Position numbers and translations under genes: made by a program. A DNA stretch of 64,000 bases, taken from positions 29,326,001-29,390,000 of the forward strand of contig CM022672.1 of assembly GCA_012295275.1 (NCBI GenBank), given 5' to 3'. The DNA is from Chrysomallon squamiferum. Taxonomy: Eukaryota; Animalia; Mollusca. Shown here piece by piece: positions 29,469-44,377 of this stretch. Numbering within the stretch: position 1 is the stretch's first letter; each line of letters starts with the position of its first letter. The notes below the pieces were generated by a model, which saw only the letters and a list, made by a program, of their open reading frames with translations, was not told the DNA's origin and did not search any database.

Positions 29469-29760
29469 TTGCACGTCTGATCGAAAGTACAGAACGGTAC
29501 ATGTCCTAGATCACGTCACTCCCCGGTGATTTGTTACGATTTAAAATTTCACACAAGCTCTGACGACACATCTCTAGTGTGCTTGTTCCTTCACCGAATG
29601 ACGTAATGTGCGGGTGGGAAAATACGTATAATTCCGGACTATCCAGACCAATTTATCAATGATCTCATCACGTTACAGTCGAGGGACGTGACCTCCATCA
29701 TTTAACATCTAAGTAAACTGCCCTATTTTCGGATGTAGTATATCGTCGGTTTTATTTTCT

Positions 29761-29853
<93 letters not shown>

Positions 29854-30233
29854 GTGTGTGTATGTGAGTGTTTGAAAGAAAATATTTATTAATATTATTA
29901 TTATTATTGAGAATTTCCTGTTTGACGTTACAACATTTACTGATTTGTCTAACAGCCCTAAATGCGACAAGACAGTCAAAAAAAATGTAAGTCTTATATT
30001 AAAAATGTTCAGATATAATGTTTAGATCAGCTTGCTTTTACTTAACAGAGAAAATATTGTTTAGATCAGTTCTTTTGAAAAACGTATATCAACCTTATAA
30101 ACGCATCTGAAATATGTTTGGCTGCGATTTTCTCACCTGTGGTTGTATTGTGTGTTTGTGTGTGTGTGCGTGCATAGATGTAGATACACACATGCATATA
30201 CACATACATATATACATACACAGACATTCTTAT

Positions 30234-30320
<87 letters not shown>

Positions 30321-30415
30321 TATATGTATATGTGTGTGTATGCGCGTGAAAACATAATGAATGATCTACGAATAAGCATCCATGTAGATATGAGATATTT
30401 CGTCTGAGTGACAGA

Positions 30416-32279
30416 CAGGCCATGGCACAAACTTTCTAAGAAGTTCAGAAAACAAAGTTTGTTACAACCTCTTGAGGATAAGCTGGAAGTTGTTTTAATA
30501 TAAAGCTAATATATTATAGAAAAAACAAACAGAAAAAAGTGCTGTCTCTAGAAAAACTGCACATTAATTTTGTATGTGACGTCAAATGGTCACAACCTTT
30601 GACTCCACCTAAATCAAGTTAAATGCTAGAAATACAAGGTTATGAAGCAGACTATATGCTGTGTTTAGGAATAATTTAAAATTAAATATTCTTTCCTTTA
30701 AAAAGTGAAATCATCCATTATTCATTAAAATCGTAAATGGTAATAAAGGGAGATAACCCAATCAGATCATTGTGAAAATGACAGCAAACTCGCCATTAAA
30801 CAAATAAATCAAGAGGAAAGAGAAATGTTAATGATTAGTTTGACCAAATTTTAGAAATTTAATATAAACATTTCATAATTAATGCCACGTAATTTTTTCA
30901 AAGTTTAGTGTTCAACATGATACTTTGACACAGTTTACAGTAAATTTTGAAAATACCTGGATACTTATATCTGTATTGTGATGCATATTAATAATGTCAA
31001 CCTATTTCAGAAGGTACAAGCCTGGTAATTTGCATGCTTACTTAATGTGAAGGATCAGACAATCCTTACTGCAAGGTATGGAAACTTCTTACAATCCAAA
31101 CAGAACAAGTTGAACCATGCCTCGACATCTGAATCAAACTATTTATAATCAAACAGCTCAAAAACAACTTTCTCTGAAGCAGAGACAGTGACATTTTCAA
31201 ATATCCATCATTTCCCTAATGCATCAGTTTGTTCACCTACAGAATCTCTGCCTTGACTTTTCCTTTCTGTCTAAATGCTCTGGTACTATCACAACCTGTG
31301 AAAGCATGAAGACCGAGGTGTGAATTGCAGATATGTTGTCCAAAATGATTTACAGTAGACAACACAGATACAAGTCTATGTCCAGGTGTCACACACAGTT
31401 TGCTCAAAATGCTTGCTGATGTCCAGCTGCCAACACTATTACATCTGTATCAGGACTATGTACACTGCATGGGCAGCCTAATGTCTGTTTCTTCATGATC
31501 AGAGTGAAGTTCAGCCATATTTTTTTACTGTCACGTATCTCATCAAACAGACAGAGTGACAGGCTGCAATAATCAGTCGTGTCATGCAATGTGTCTGATG
31601 AAGTTTTAAACCACTGTTACAGAAGGGGTAGTGAATTGGTTTTTCATTCACGTAAACACTTACACATTCATCTTAACAGTCAAAGGAATCTGTACTACAT
31701 TCTGTCCCAGTAGTGTTATCATTTTTGCTGTTTATTCTTCTAATGTTTGTAAAGTCCCAGCAACACTGTCTGTATAGAAAATGGCTGCCAGCGTACCTTC
31801 TGCTGTGTTTAGAGTTTTCCATAAATTAACTCACGTTATAAATTTTGTCAGAAAATGGTGCAATAGGGCCTAAACTGTTTTTAATGTGGATAAAGCACTT
31901 ACTTAAAGATGCTGATATTTTTTGGACTCACAGATTTAGCTATTAAGCGTTTTGATTGGCTGTTGTAGGACTGCTGTAAAAAAAGTATTTTCTGATTAGT
32001 GGGATGGGAGATAACCCTGGATAGAGTGATGTCATACCACACTTATGAAATTAGAACAGTTTAAATGTCATCTACAGACAAAAATCTGAAGTGGCAAGAT
32101 TGTATTTTTGGTAAAAGTAAACATTTCTGAGCCTTCAGGAAAAATAAAATAAAATTAAAGGATATAAAAATAAAATGAAAAGCATTAAAATTATAAAATT
32201 TAAATAAATAAATAAAAATCAGCTTATCTATGACAAATGTAATGGAAAGGTCAAAATACAGGTTTGGTCCCATGGCCTA
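30416..32279 (-). mobile_element. Internally deleted, defective Academ-like DNA transposon with XPG/PIN-type nuclease remnants
   Basis: Imperfect TIRs CAGGCCATGGCACAAAC and TAGGCCATGGGACCAAAC (reverse complement of the right end), YAG...CTA termini, and near-matching 3-bp flanks aga/agc. Frameshifted minus-strand peptides ELHSDHEETDIRL, VHSPDTDVIVL, LGLHAFTGCDSTRAFRQKGKVKA and IPCSKDCLILHIK..HANYQA lie at about 31010-31520. Confidence 0.7.
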
Positions 32280-32976
32280 AGCAATTAACAGTAATATCAT
32301 CTAACAGATTAATATTTTTCTTTCTTTCTTTCTTTCTTTTTTTTTTTCTTTCTTTCTTTCTTTCTTTCTTTTTTTTTTTTTTTATTTATAATTATTATTA
32401 ATTTTTTTTTTTTTTTTTTAGGACTTTGGATAGATGGATAGGCAGACAGACAGACTGACAAATAGATAAACTGACTGACAGACAGACAGATAGATAACAT
32501 TTGTTCTAAATACATACTGAACAAGTTTTACAGATAACAATGGACACTGGTATTAGACAGTCTAATGGAACGTTGTTCAAAATATATCTAGAACCAGTCT
32601 GTGTCGAGATGCAGATCTGTTTCAAACAGATTAAGCATAGACAGAATCATTAATAAATTATTTCAAATCTTGATGTGTATCAAGTACATTTAAAAACTAA
32701 ATGTCGTGTGTTATTTTATGTTTACCATGACACATGTAACTCATTTATCATTAGCCTCATTATGGATAGTTAACGTGCTCCAAATGTTTCTATTTTCATG
32801 TTTTTGTTGTTTGTGTTTGATTATATATTAAGTCCTATCAGACACAGAAAACCTCAGGATCTGATATCATTAGCTAACATAAATATTGTTCAGATATCTA
32901 ATATAATTAACTTAAGTAAATATATCAAATAAAACTTATTACCAACAGATTCACTTACAAACAAAAGGACTGACTC

Positions 32977-33043
<67 letters not shown>

Positions 33044-33964
33044 AATAATAAAAAATAAAAAAATCAATAATATAATAATAAATAAATAAATAAAAATCCA
33101 GATCATACCAAATCTTGGCTTAAACAAGTTTTATATATATTTATGTTATATGTGTGTCTGTCTGTCTATGTAGTTACAAATAGATTCAAAACTTTATTTA
33201 AAAACCTTATTTAAAATTTGTATTTGATTCATTAGACATTTTCACATGAAACGAAATACGAAAAACAGAAAGAAAGAAATAAAAAGAATAAAACAGAAAA
33301 CGTTTGTTACAGGATAAAAATGTTTGTTTTATTTACTAAAGGAGTTAATCAGTGTGTAAAATACCGAAAACTATTATTACGCTCATCCAAGATTATACGA
33401 GTTGAACAAAATTAATTTTCATGAAGATAGATTTACTCAGTGTCATTAGTATGCTTGTTTTCTGGTTAAATATTCATTAAGAAAATTTCTAATCTTATCA
33501 AGACGCTTTAGGTCTGTGACAGAATATAATTTATTGACTTCTTTCTTAAAAAGGAAAAGATGACGTCATATGTAATGTTCTGGTGACAACAAAAATTTGA
33601 AGTCAATCTTACATTGTGCAAGCTTTGACACCCCTGCTTTTCAAAGGGACGCTAAACCCCGATAATGTGTAATTAATTTATCACCAAAATTATGTTATGC
33701 TAAAACGTTCAAGCAACTTGTCCTCTAGTAAGAAAATAGTATTGGCGATATCTAGACTGGATTTGGTCAACCTGAAATTATAGTCTGTTTTAACAAACGT
33801 CATAAATGACTCAGAACACGATGAAACATTTATTTCGCCAAATAAATCTGAATAATAAAAAAAAAAAAAAAAAAAAAAAAAAATAAGTATATTTAACGCT
33901 GGCTTTTACATGGTATATATGACATGGACATGATTTTTTTATTATTATTATTTATTTATATTTA

Positions 33965-34009
<45 letters not shown>

Positions 34010-34390
34010 ATTGCAGTATTGTTTCTTTTTTCATTTTTTATTTTCATTTTTATTTTATTTATTTAGTTATTTATTTCGTAATAAGTGCGGAACGTAAATC
34101 TCTGACTGCACCAACAATATGCGAAACATTTCGCGTTTCTGCATGAGAAAAAAAGAAGAAGTATATTTAGTATAAGGGGTGCGAAGTGCTCCAACCAGGG
34201 GCGGGTTAATGAGAGAAGTTCGTGTATATATTTATAGATCTGTTACGCGGGCAAAGATAAATATAGCAGACCGGAACTGCTAGAAAATAGCGTCTCTTAG
34301 TCACAACACGTGACAGTGACTCCATCTTAAAAATTCGTCGCTTCTGACCGCAGTTGCCTCCTTGTGCTACGATACTGTGTGTGTGTGTGT

Positions 34391-34423
<33 letters not shown>

Positions 34424-34483
34424 TCTGAAAATGTCATTCACTGTAATTTAAAATACCATTGTATATACTTAAGTATTAATATC

Positions 34484-34556
<73 letters not shown>

Positions 34557-34886
34557 TGTGGCAAGACTTCTTTTTTCTTCTTTTTTTTTTTTCTTTGCGA
34601 AATAGGCTTTATATGCACTTTCATTTCACCAGGTAAGAACATTAACCAACAACATATATATATTATATAATGCCTATGTGTGTGCGTATGTTTGCGTATG
34701 GTTATGAATGAGTGTTGGCGTATTACGTACATGAATGATGTGTGGTTTATACATGTATATGTATGCTTCTGCATGTGTGTGTACACATTTAACGAATTAT
34801 AATAACTTTTTCTTTATGTACATACAGCTATTTTTGAGTATAACCAAATAATGTAACAAATTATATACCATGATAATCATGATACT

Positions 34887-34990
<104 letters not shown>

Positions 34991-35299
34991 TATTTATTTA
35001 AATGCTTGATAAAATTACTTTACGAAATTATATTCCCATGTTCAGTTTCCTTAGCATTTCAATTATCTTAGTAATCTATCACCCCGTCATCACTTATAAT
35101 TACCACAACAACACCATCAGCGACAGCAACAAAAACAACAACACCAACAAAAAATATTCTGTGTAATTATAAAAACGAAATGCAATTCATAAAGGATATT
35201 GACAGGAAATAATGTTAAAGCTGTTGTCTTATATTCAATTGCATATCAGTATACTTCAACTCTCTGACAACTAAGTAAAACCAAGGTCGAATGAAAGAG

Positions 35300-35346
<47 letters not shown>

Positions 35347-35491
35347 CTAAGTAGTTTCGTGATCACAGTGATGTAAGAGTTGCCACATTCATCACATTGT
35401 TTGTATTATCTTTTCGGCCTTCGGGAAGCCTTGCTTTCCCATCTCCGGGAAGCGGCCCTGTAAAATTAGTTGATGAAACAAATATACTCAC

Positions 35492-35670
35492 CAGAAACAC
35501 AGCTTGTAGACACACGATATTACAGTAAACTTCAGTCGTTCTGCAGTATTTCTCTCCAATTCGAAATTCACCACAAACATTTTTACAATTAGCTACTTGA
35601 ACACATCACTTCTTCTATAGTACATGACGTCATCAGTTAGCATTGTGATGACGTCAGAATCGGAAGCTGA
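35492..35670 (-). promoter_or_regulatory. Candidate promoter and non-coding first exon of a minus-strand gene, probably the 450-1259 gene
   Basis: Two full CREs (ATGACGTCAT 35624-35633, TGACGTCA 35649-35656), an ETS-like CGGAAG, a TATA-like CTATAGAA, then a perfect donor CTG|GTGAGT (intron starts at 35491). Confidence 0.4.
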
Positions 35671-35821
35671 AATGTGGACTGCGATGGATTTATTATTTCT
35701 TTTCATTTATTTATTTATTTTATAGTTTAATCCTTGCCTTGACAAACACAAATATTTATTCTACAAACATAAACGATAATATTATTATTGTTATCACTAG
35801 TAGCAACATGTTGGCATTTTA

Positions 35822-35877
<56 letters not shown>

Positions 35878-35878
35878 C
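35530..35878. repeat. Dispersed direct repeat, copy B
   Basis: Matches 24648-24935 in the same orientation, about 10.9 kb away. Confidence 0.9.
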
Positions 35879-36192
35879 CAAAGAAATAATAAAACATCAC
35901 ACATTAAAGGCAATACTAGTTAAGGACCAGAGAAAATGGCAACACAGGATGGCCTAAACCTTTATTAGTATTATTATTATTCTTTATTAATACTATTATT
36001 ATTATTATTATTAACCGTTCAGAAATTCCTTGTTGATATTGTCATTGTTAATATTACTTGTAGTAGTTGTAGTATCTGTACTTTTCAACTGTTGTTTTAT
36101 TTATTTTTATTATATACACTATGTGAAAAATGGAAAAATTCATTTACTATTACTACTAATGCTGCTGCTGCTACTACTGCTACAACTACTAC

Positions 36193-36234
<42 letters not shown>

Positions 36235-36274
36235 GTAGTAGTACTAGTAGTAGTAATAATGTATGAAGTTTTTC

Positions 36275-36307
<33 letters not shown>

Positions 36308-36485
36308 GCCCTAGAGTTTATGTGCATGCAGATACTAAATATAGAAAATTGCACAATTATCGTGATTTGTGCTCATCATGGAGTGCTATTTGGAACAATC
36401 AAGTGATACATGATATTTCAGGCAATGACTTAATAAAAGTAGTCACAGACTACAGCGATAACATATGTTTTTTAATATCAGTTCT

Positions 36486-36830
36486 GCAGTTAATTGCAGA
36501 TTTGATGGCAAAGAGGGGCAAATATATTAATTAAGTATATTTAACATTGACTTATAGGTTGTATACAGAAGGAAATACATTAAGTATATTTAACGCTGGC
36601 TTTTACATGGTATACGAGGTAGACATATTAATTAAATCTATTTGATGGCATGCAGAGGCAAATATAGTAATGAAATATATTTAACATTGATTAGTTGATG
36701 ATATACAGAGTTAAATATAAATTAAATACATTTAACTATTAGTTGGCATAGAAAGATAAAGAGATTGAAGTATATTCAACATCGGCTATGCAGTGGCATA
36801 CAGAGGTAAAATATATTAATTATATTTACA
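36486..36830. repeat. Degenerate minisatellite of about 50 bp (about 7 copies)
   Basis: Recurring taagtatatttaac...gtatacagagg..aaatatattaa. Confidence 0.65.
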
Positions 36831-38029
36831 TTGTAAATTGTAACTGAGTGTTTTTAGTTACTATGCTTATTTTGGTTAAAGCAATGACAAATGAGTATAA
36901 AGAAATCATGATAGTGAAATAGTAAATCTGTCTTGGTGAATATGTGTAAATAGTTTTTCACTTTATGTACACTGAATGTAAATATACTCTCTCTTGATGT
37001 AATGATGATGGTGGTGGTAAAAATAATAAAACAAATTACTGAATACAGTAATAACAACAATAACAACAAAATTAATACCAACAGCACTAAAATACAATGA
37101 ATGATAAATTGATTTATTGATTATACAAATAACAAAACAATTCAGTTTTTCACATTATTTTATTATCAACACCAGAATGGTTTTTTTGTTGTTTGTTTTT
37201 TTATGTCTGAGAAAATTAGGACGGAACAAGAGTTGTTTTTCTTCTAAGCAAGTCAGCAGAATTAACTAACATATTAAATGCATTGTATTACAATTTAAAT
37301 TTTTCAAAACGATTTCAGTTAGTATTATCTGTTAAGCAGCTTGCTTATTATTTTGAGAAGTGTTTTTACTTATCTACAGAGATCTGGAAAATACAAAGTT
37401 CAATAAATATTTGAAACATGATTGCAATTGGCATTGTATTATGCAGCTTTTCCATATCTTCTTGTAATGTTTTGACTTAGCCATGAAAAAAAGAACTTAA
37501 CAATCTGAAGTTTGGTAAATGTATTCATGTGTTAAGACTTGTTACAAATAGATGAATTTCAATTCCTGTGAAGAGATCAGAAACTTCTGTTATATTATTA
37601 TGTACATTGACTGGTCAAAATTTTAAAATGTATCTTTTCTAACTCTGAAGTTTAATGTTAAAGTGTTCACATAATTCTGATTTAACAGCATGAATAAATA
37701 AATAAATAAATAAATAAATAAATGACATTTGATAGAAACTTATACATACTGTAACTGCAAAGCAAAGCCAACTTCACCATGCAAATATAAACTATCTAAA
37801 GCAAACCATAATATACACATACATTTATTTAAACACCTTGCTTTTAGCTTCTGTAGCATAAAGAATATACAGAAACATGGCTGTTATTATTCTTGATTAT
37901 ATGGGAGTACAATTTATATTTGTCAATGTATCATTGGTTAAAAAAAATTATATTAGACACATAATATATACTTTTCAATGTTTTAATGCATATTACATAA
38001 GAAAAAAATAATAATAAACATAGATGATG

Positions 38030-38062
<33 letters not shown>

Positions 38063-40088
38063 GTAGAAGTAATGATAATAATAAAATATTTTTATATAAA
38101 ACTTGGTAGATAATTTCTAAATAATGAATTTCTTTATACAATGAATTGACACCTGCACTGAAAACAGAGAATACTCAGCTTTTAAAAAAACTCAACATTG
38201 ACAAAAAGCACTGACACTCACACCAAGTTAATCCTAAGCTTAATTCATTTTTATCTTATAGCTAAAGTATAAATAATTTATGAAGTACCATGATCAATAT
38301 ATATTAATACGCAAACACAAACACACACACACGTATATACATATTCATTAACAATACAATAATTAGAGTAAGTTAATAATAAATAATATCAATGTTATGT
38401 TATATAAAAGTTTTATTTCAGTCAAACTGTTATCTCAGTCATACATTTTGATAATTTAAGATATAGGCAGATCTATTTTAACCCTGCTTCAAAGACAGAT
38501 TAAACTCCTAAGTTTTAGTATTACCAATCACCTGCACAAATGAGAGATTTGCTAGAAGCAGAGGACACTCTGGTGTCATACTTGACTTTGACTAAGAAAC
38601 TCTGAAAGTGTGGATATACATGGGAGACTTGTAACAAGCTGCTCTGTGTGTGATGAGAGTGAGACATGATGTAAGTGAGACTGTTATGAGATTTTAACTT
38701 GTACTGTGACTGCTAAACTGGTCACTAGAGATCAAATCACAACTGTCACTAAACTACACAAGAGAGTTCAAACACCAGTTGAAATTTGTAATAATTACTA
38801 AATATATTCTTAGGTTCATTAATCATGTTAATTATGTCACAATTATAAAATTATTTTCTTAATGACCATTATTTTAAAAAGTGGAACCTCTGTCCATCTA
38901 ATTTATTTTATGTAAATAAGAAAATCATAATTAACATTCAATAGAAATACTCACTTTAAAGGCATTATAATAATTTTTAGTTTCTAATTTCAGCACAAAT
39001 ACACATTAATACTGATATGCATATTCATTATCCAGTGGTTTAAACATTCGACTGGACTCTAAGGCAACAGTCACTGGCTATTTCAAACTACAACATAAAT
39101 ATTAGAAAACATATCTATGTACTTGTATTTTGACTAGAAGCATTTGTTTTCATTAAACAAACGTACAAAAACTAAGTAATAATAATAATAAATAAAAACT
39201 ATGATTCAGTTAATAACTGAAAAATGGAATGAAATTAGAAATATTGCACACAACGGTTGTTTTAGTTCTGTTTGATATTACAGCTGAGTGAAAACACACG
39301 AGTTATGCTTAAAGCTAGAATGAAAGAACAAAAGTCAGAATTATGAAAATACAGTAGTTAGTTAGCAAAAAAACAAAATGTTTTAGCTATCAAATTTATA
39401 TCTAACAAGACACTGTTTCAAGCTGTAGTATAGCTATGAAGAGATGAAAAAAATATCCCAATATATTCTGCAATCTTCCAGGTTATGATTTTTTTTGTTT
39501 TAGATTTCTGAAGTCCAATCTCAAGCAATGACAAAGTGTAACCACCAAAAAGTACAGTTTAAAATAACTCAATGGCTGCCATTTTTCTTTTATTGTGATG
39601 TCATCATATACATGATGGATCTGTGTGCTCAAGTTTCCTCTCTCAATAACAACAAAATACAGTATAAAAATTCTGTAACTGTGACAAGTTGAAGTGTACC
39701 ATAACTGTTTAAACTGTTTGCTATAAAGTTTCTTTTCCTAAAATACAGCTGTCAATCCAACATGACAACAATGACTTCAGTCACAAAGTGTTCAAATGTC
39801 TGTTTCAAAATTTTATTGTCACACTTTGTTACAGATGTTGGATTTTATTAGACCATTAAATCCTAACACCATGGATTCTCTAAAACAAAACATTGATTAA
39901 AAAAGAATTTTAATAAAACAGACTGTTGACTTATCAAAACAAAGGATTTAGACAGTAAACAATGTGACAAAAGAAAACATAGAATTTTATTTAAACAAAA
40001 TGGCAACAAAAGAAAATTTCTGAGTTTAAAACTCTGTATATATTTTAATCAACAAAATAAATATTAACAGGTAACAATACACACAACA

Positions 40089-40911
40089 CTATTTAACTTT
40101 TTTCTCCTCGTCGACAGGCAAGCCCGAGTGTTGTTGGGTTTCTGCAAGACTTAAAGAATCGAAATATTCCGAGTCTGGCGTCTGCGTTCCTGACTTGTTT
40201 GCTATGTCGGAGACTGCGGCCTGCGTGGAGAGTTCGAGAGAACTGGAACTGGAACACTGACTGATGGTGACAACCCCAGACGGCGACTGAATATTCCAAC
40301 CAGAGTGCAGATCACTATCAACGTCCGTCGTAACAGCGTCTGTGTAATTGTTTACTTGTCTGGACAAGTGGGGAGACATTACAGGATAACCAGTACTTGT
40401 AGCCAAACCACTAGTTTCATTTGTATTTGTATCATTGGTTATACTGATATTTGTAACCAAGTCACTAGTTTCATTTGTATTTGTATCATTGGTTGCACTG
40501 CTATTTGTAAATGTATCTGTGGTTATATCACTTTCAGTTATGTTACCAGTGGTTACACCACTTCTGGTCATAGTATCAGTGGTTACACTATTTGTGGTTA
40601 CAGTGTTACTTACAGATGTTCTTGTAACCTCATCACTTGTTACACCATCGGTCCAAGCAATATTGCTGGTTACAGTATTTTCCAAATTGATGAGTCTGGT
40701 TACATCACTTGGTGTAACAACATCTCTGTAACCGAGTCTTTCTGAAGTAAATTCTGGTTTTAGTGTGTTGTCTTTTTCTGCTTTCTTAGGTATGACTTGT
40801 GAGTTGATTTCAATTGGCTTTGTCTTGCCAGACGTCTCACTGTGTCGTGACAAGATACGAGAACCGTGGCCAAGCAAAATGATGCTGTTTAATATCTTGA
40901 ATGTTAATAAA
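40089..40911 (-). CDS. TAPT1: TAPT1 terminal coding exon 11
   Basis: Acceptor ttattttag, then LLTFKILNSIILLG and a Thr/Ser/Asn-rich tail to EEKKVK*. Confidence 0.9.
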
Positions 40912-43900
40912 CTAAAATAAAACATATTTGTATTTATTAGAAATAAAAAGAATAAGTAAAACACAAGAAGGTCAAAATCTGCAATTCACTATGGGATAAT
41001 AACTTTAAATTTATAAAATAAAGATGTATTTTATTTTTTAAGTTTATAAAAATATTAAAAATAATTAAAAAAGTATGTTAGTTATACACTGGTTTTCATA
41101 TATAAAACAGTATTTCACTGATTATGCAGCACAAAATTACATTGGCTATTATTTATCGTGTAGATGTAAATGTACAAACAAGATAATTCAAGGCTAGATC
41201 TAAACCTCAAGTTTTAAAATGATTTTAATTTGTTTTATTTACTAAGCAAAATACAAAAAAATAGTAAAAGAATTAATTCTTTTTTTAATGATGAATAATT
41301 TCATGAACACAGACATGTACACACACATGCATGCACACAACACACATACACATACACAAACAAATAAATTAAAAATTATAATAAGTAAATAAAATACTGC
41401 ATTCACCAGAAGTACAAGAGCACCATGATGGCTATTCCCAGGTAGCCTGAGATTTTCACCGACTTTGAGCAGATTCTGATTAAGAGACAAGCAAGAGGTA
41501 TAGGAGTAAAACCCATTCTTCTGGAAACCTGGTCTCCCAGATCTGTGAATGCCTATGAATTAAAAAAAAAACAGTAGTAATATTTTATATTTAAAGATAT
41601 GTGAAACAAAATCATTTCAATAAAGGCAGTCATTTAATATTATCAGTAACAAAGGATCTGTTGTATAATTTCAGTTTTGTTGCTCTGTTTTAAGATGCTG
41701 AACACCGAGTTGTTTGGGTTTAGCAAATACATAAATTAATGTGCATATCCAAAAACATAATTCTGTGGTTTAAACATGTAAGAAAACAGTGTGTGAATCA
41801 TTTGTTTTACACGATTCATCACAGACATGTTGACATACACACGTTTTTATTATATTCTACTGAAAAAAATATGTTGTCAATTTTGCAAGCCATAGAGAAT
41901 AAGCTAAATAATTAATTTTAAGATTTTAAATAATTGAGTTCAGTTAACAATTTTTAAATGAATGCATGCTAATGATGTTCTTATCAATCTGTTTAAAAAG
42001 TCAAGATTTTGGTTTGGCCTTATAAAACTAATTAATTATACAGAGATTTCAATGAAAATAATACATTTCCTTCTAATTTATTTCTAATTATTAATTAAAT
42101 TGTTTTTAAGAAATTATAATGAAAAAAGAAAGATTAGAAAAGAAAAAAGAAAGAGAGAAAGAAAGAAAAAAGAAAATAACTTTTAAAAGGTAAGGACAAT
42201 AATTTATTTCTGTATCTACAAGTTTAACATTATCAAGTCTTGTAGTACATACGTGTTTCTGTCGACTGGCTGCCATGTCCTGCACCAGACTCACTGTGAA
42301 ATCTTTGTAAGCCTGAAAATAACAAATCTCTCTGAATTATTTAAATTTTAATCTTAACAATAAGGAGTTTATCAAATATATCTTGAGATTGTAACTGTTT
42401 GAGTTTTAACAGTTTCTGCTTAAATTGAGTTATTTCCCCTCCTAGACAGATCAACAATTCTTTATTCAAATATTTGAAAATATGCAATAAATAGTTGGTA
42501 TAGAATTTTACATGTAATTATACATTAGTATAAAAATTAAATGAAACATGCTGCTTTCAATTTAAACAAATAACAAAATAAACAACCACAGAAAAATAAA
42601 ATATATATTATTAATATCAATATGACCTCCCTACCCAGTGAATGCATTCTGTAAAGTTAACTGTGGAAATCTGCTGATGCCATTATGTCAACTAATTATC
42701 AGTTACAGATATTTCATATACACTTAGCTGAAAATAAATTAAAAGCTTACATCAGAGGAAATCTCATTAAATTTTGTAATAAAAGCGTGTTTGATCCAGT
42801 CCACGATGAACTCAGCCGCCAGGACAAGAAGAACGTCAGGAACAATCACCCAGATGTGATCTGAAAAACATCACACATTAAATCTGTAAGTGCGAAACAA
42901 TTACAAAATTATTTTTAAATCTATGAAACTATTTTTAAGTGATACTAGAAGTATTTAATTAATATAACAAGTGTAGATACAAGTGTGTTTTGGAGACAAT
43001 ATTTCATATTCATCAATATAAATAAGTGTAAGATAAATGTTGGGAAGAAACAGAAAGATATATCTTGTTAATTAGCTAAAAGGGAATGAAATTAATATTG
43101 GGAAGAGAGAGACATTTTAAATTAATCAACAAAAAAGAATCTCAGTTGGGGAAAGATTAATATGGTTTTAGAATATTGAAACATTTCACTGAAAATAGAA
43201 AATTAATTGTAAGACTTTTTCAGGCAGACAAAATAATAACTGAAAAAAATATAAATATATTCATACATCTAGATGATATTCTGTGGTTCAGTTATGTTAC
43301 TGGCTGATTGATACTACAAAAATATTTCTGGCAAAACTATCTATGTACAAGTACTTGTATTTTGACTATAAACATTTATTTTCAGTAAACAAATGTAAAA
43401 CTAAATAAATAAATTTTTGAAAAAGTAATTTCAATAGTGAATTTGAAAAAACATATATATAAAATGAATATCACTGACATCACCACAGAATATATCACAA
43501 CTGTGAATAATGTGAATGAATTAAACAATAAAGGACAAATACAAAAAAATAAAGAAATTCCTTCTGTGCAAAAAGTAAGAATACTAAAAGAGAATGATTT
43601 TCTCTGTTTATACATACATACTTAAATACATATATACATACACACACACACACACACAAATATATTCATACATGAAGAATTTTATTTCTTCAATAATCCA
43701 ATTATTTAATCAGTAAACAGGATACCTAGATTCCAGGCAAACTCAGCCATGTTTCTGAGAAAAACAACTGACAGAAGAATGGCGTAATGAAATCTCTCCT
43801 TGACATCACTGCAGGAAATTTGAAACAAATTGTTTTTGTCAACTCTCTTGAACAGACTGCCCTTAATCTCCACAAACTGAAACAGAAAACAGTGACCTTA

Positions 43901-44262
43901 CAAAGATGATAGTTTTAAACATCAAAAAAGGCAAAACTATTTTTAAATTTATTGATAAATTAGACTTGTTAAACATAATAAAAATTAAAATTTTCATCCC
44001 AAGTACTTGCTTGTATTCACCAATCTGTCCTCCTGTTTGTGTATATGAACACTGTACTGAACTCCATGTACACTTGTAACTAACTGTATGTACATACATT
44101 TATTTAATCGTATATTTCAAAGTATATACTAATGTCTTTCACTATATAATCATTTCAACATCTCATGTTTATATAAATATAAACTCTTCCTTGAAAAAGG
44201 AACAAAGCATAAATAACTGGCTGTATGAGAAATAATAATAATAATAAAATTAATAGTAATAA

Positions 44263-44332
<70 letters not shown>

Positions 44333-44342
44333 TTAATAATAA

Positions 44343-44377
<35 letters not shown>

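Noticed and set aside
38520-38780. Possible extra TAPT1 terminal exon
   Set aside because: No conserved C-terminal motif and no convincing open spliced frame. Treated as 3' UTR or downstream sequence.
40912-40964. N-terminal part of ORF 40089-40964 as a standalone gene start
   Set aside because: Intronic. The real exon begins at the 40911 acceptor.
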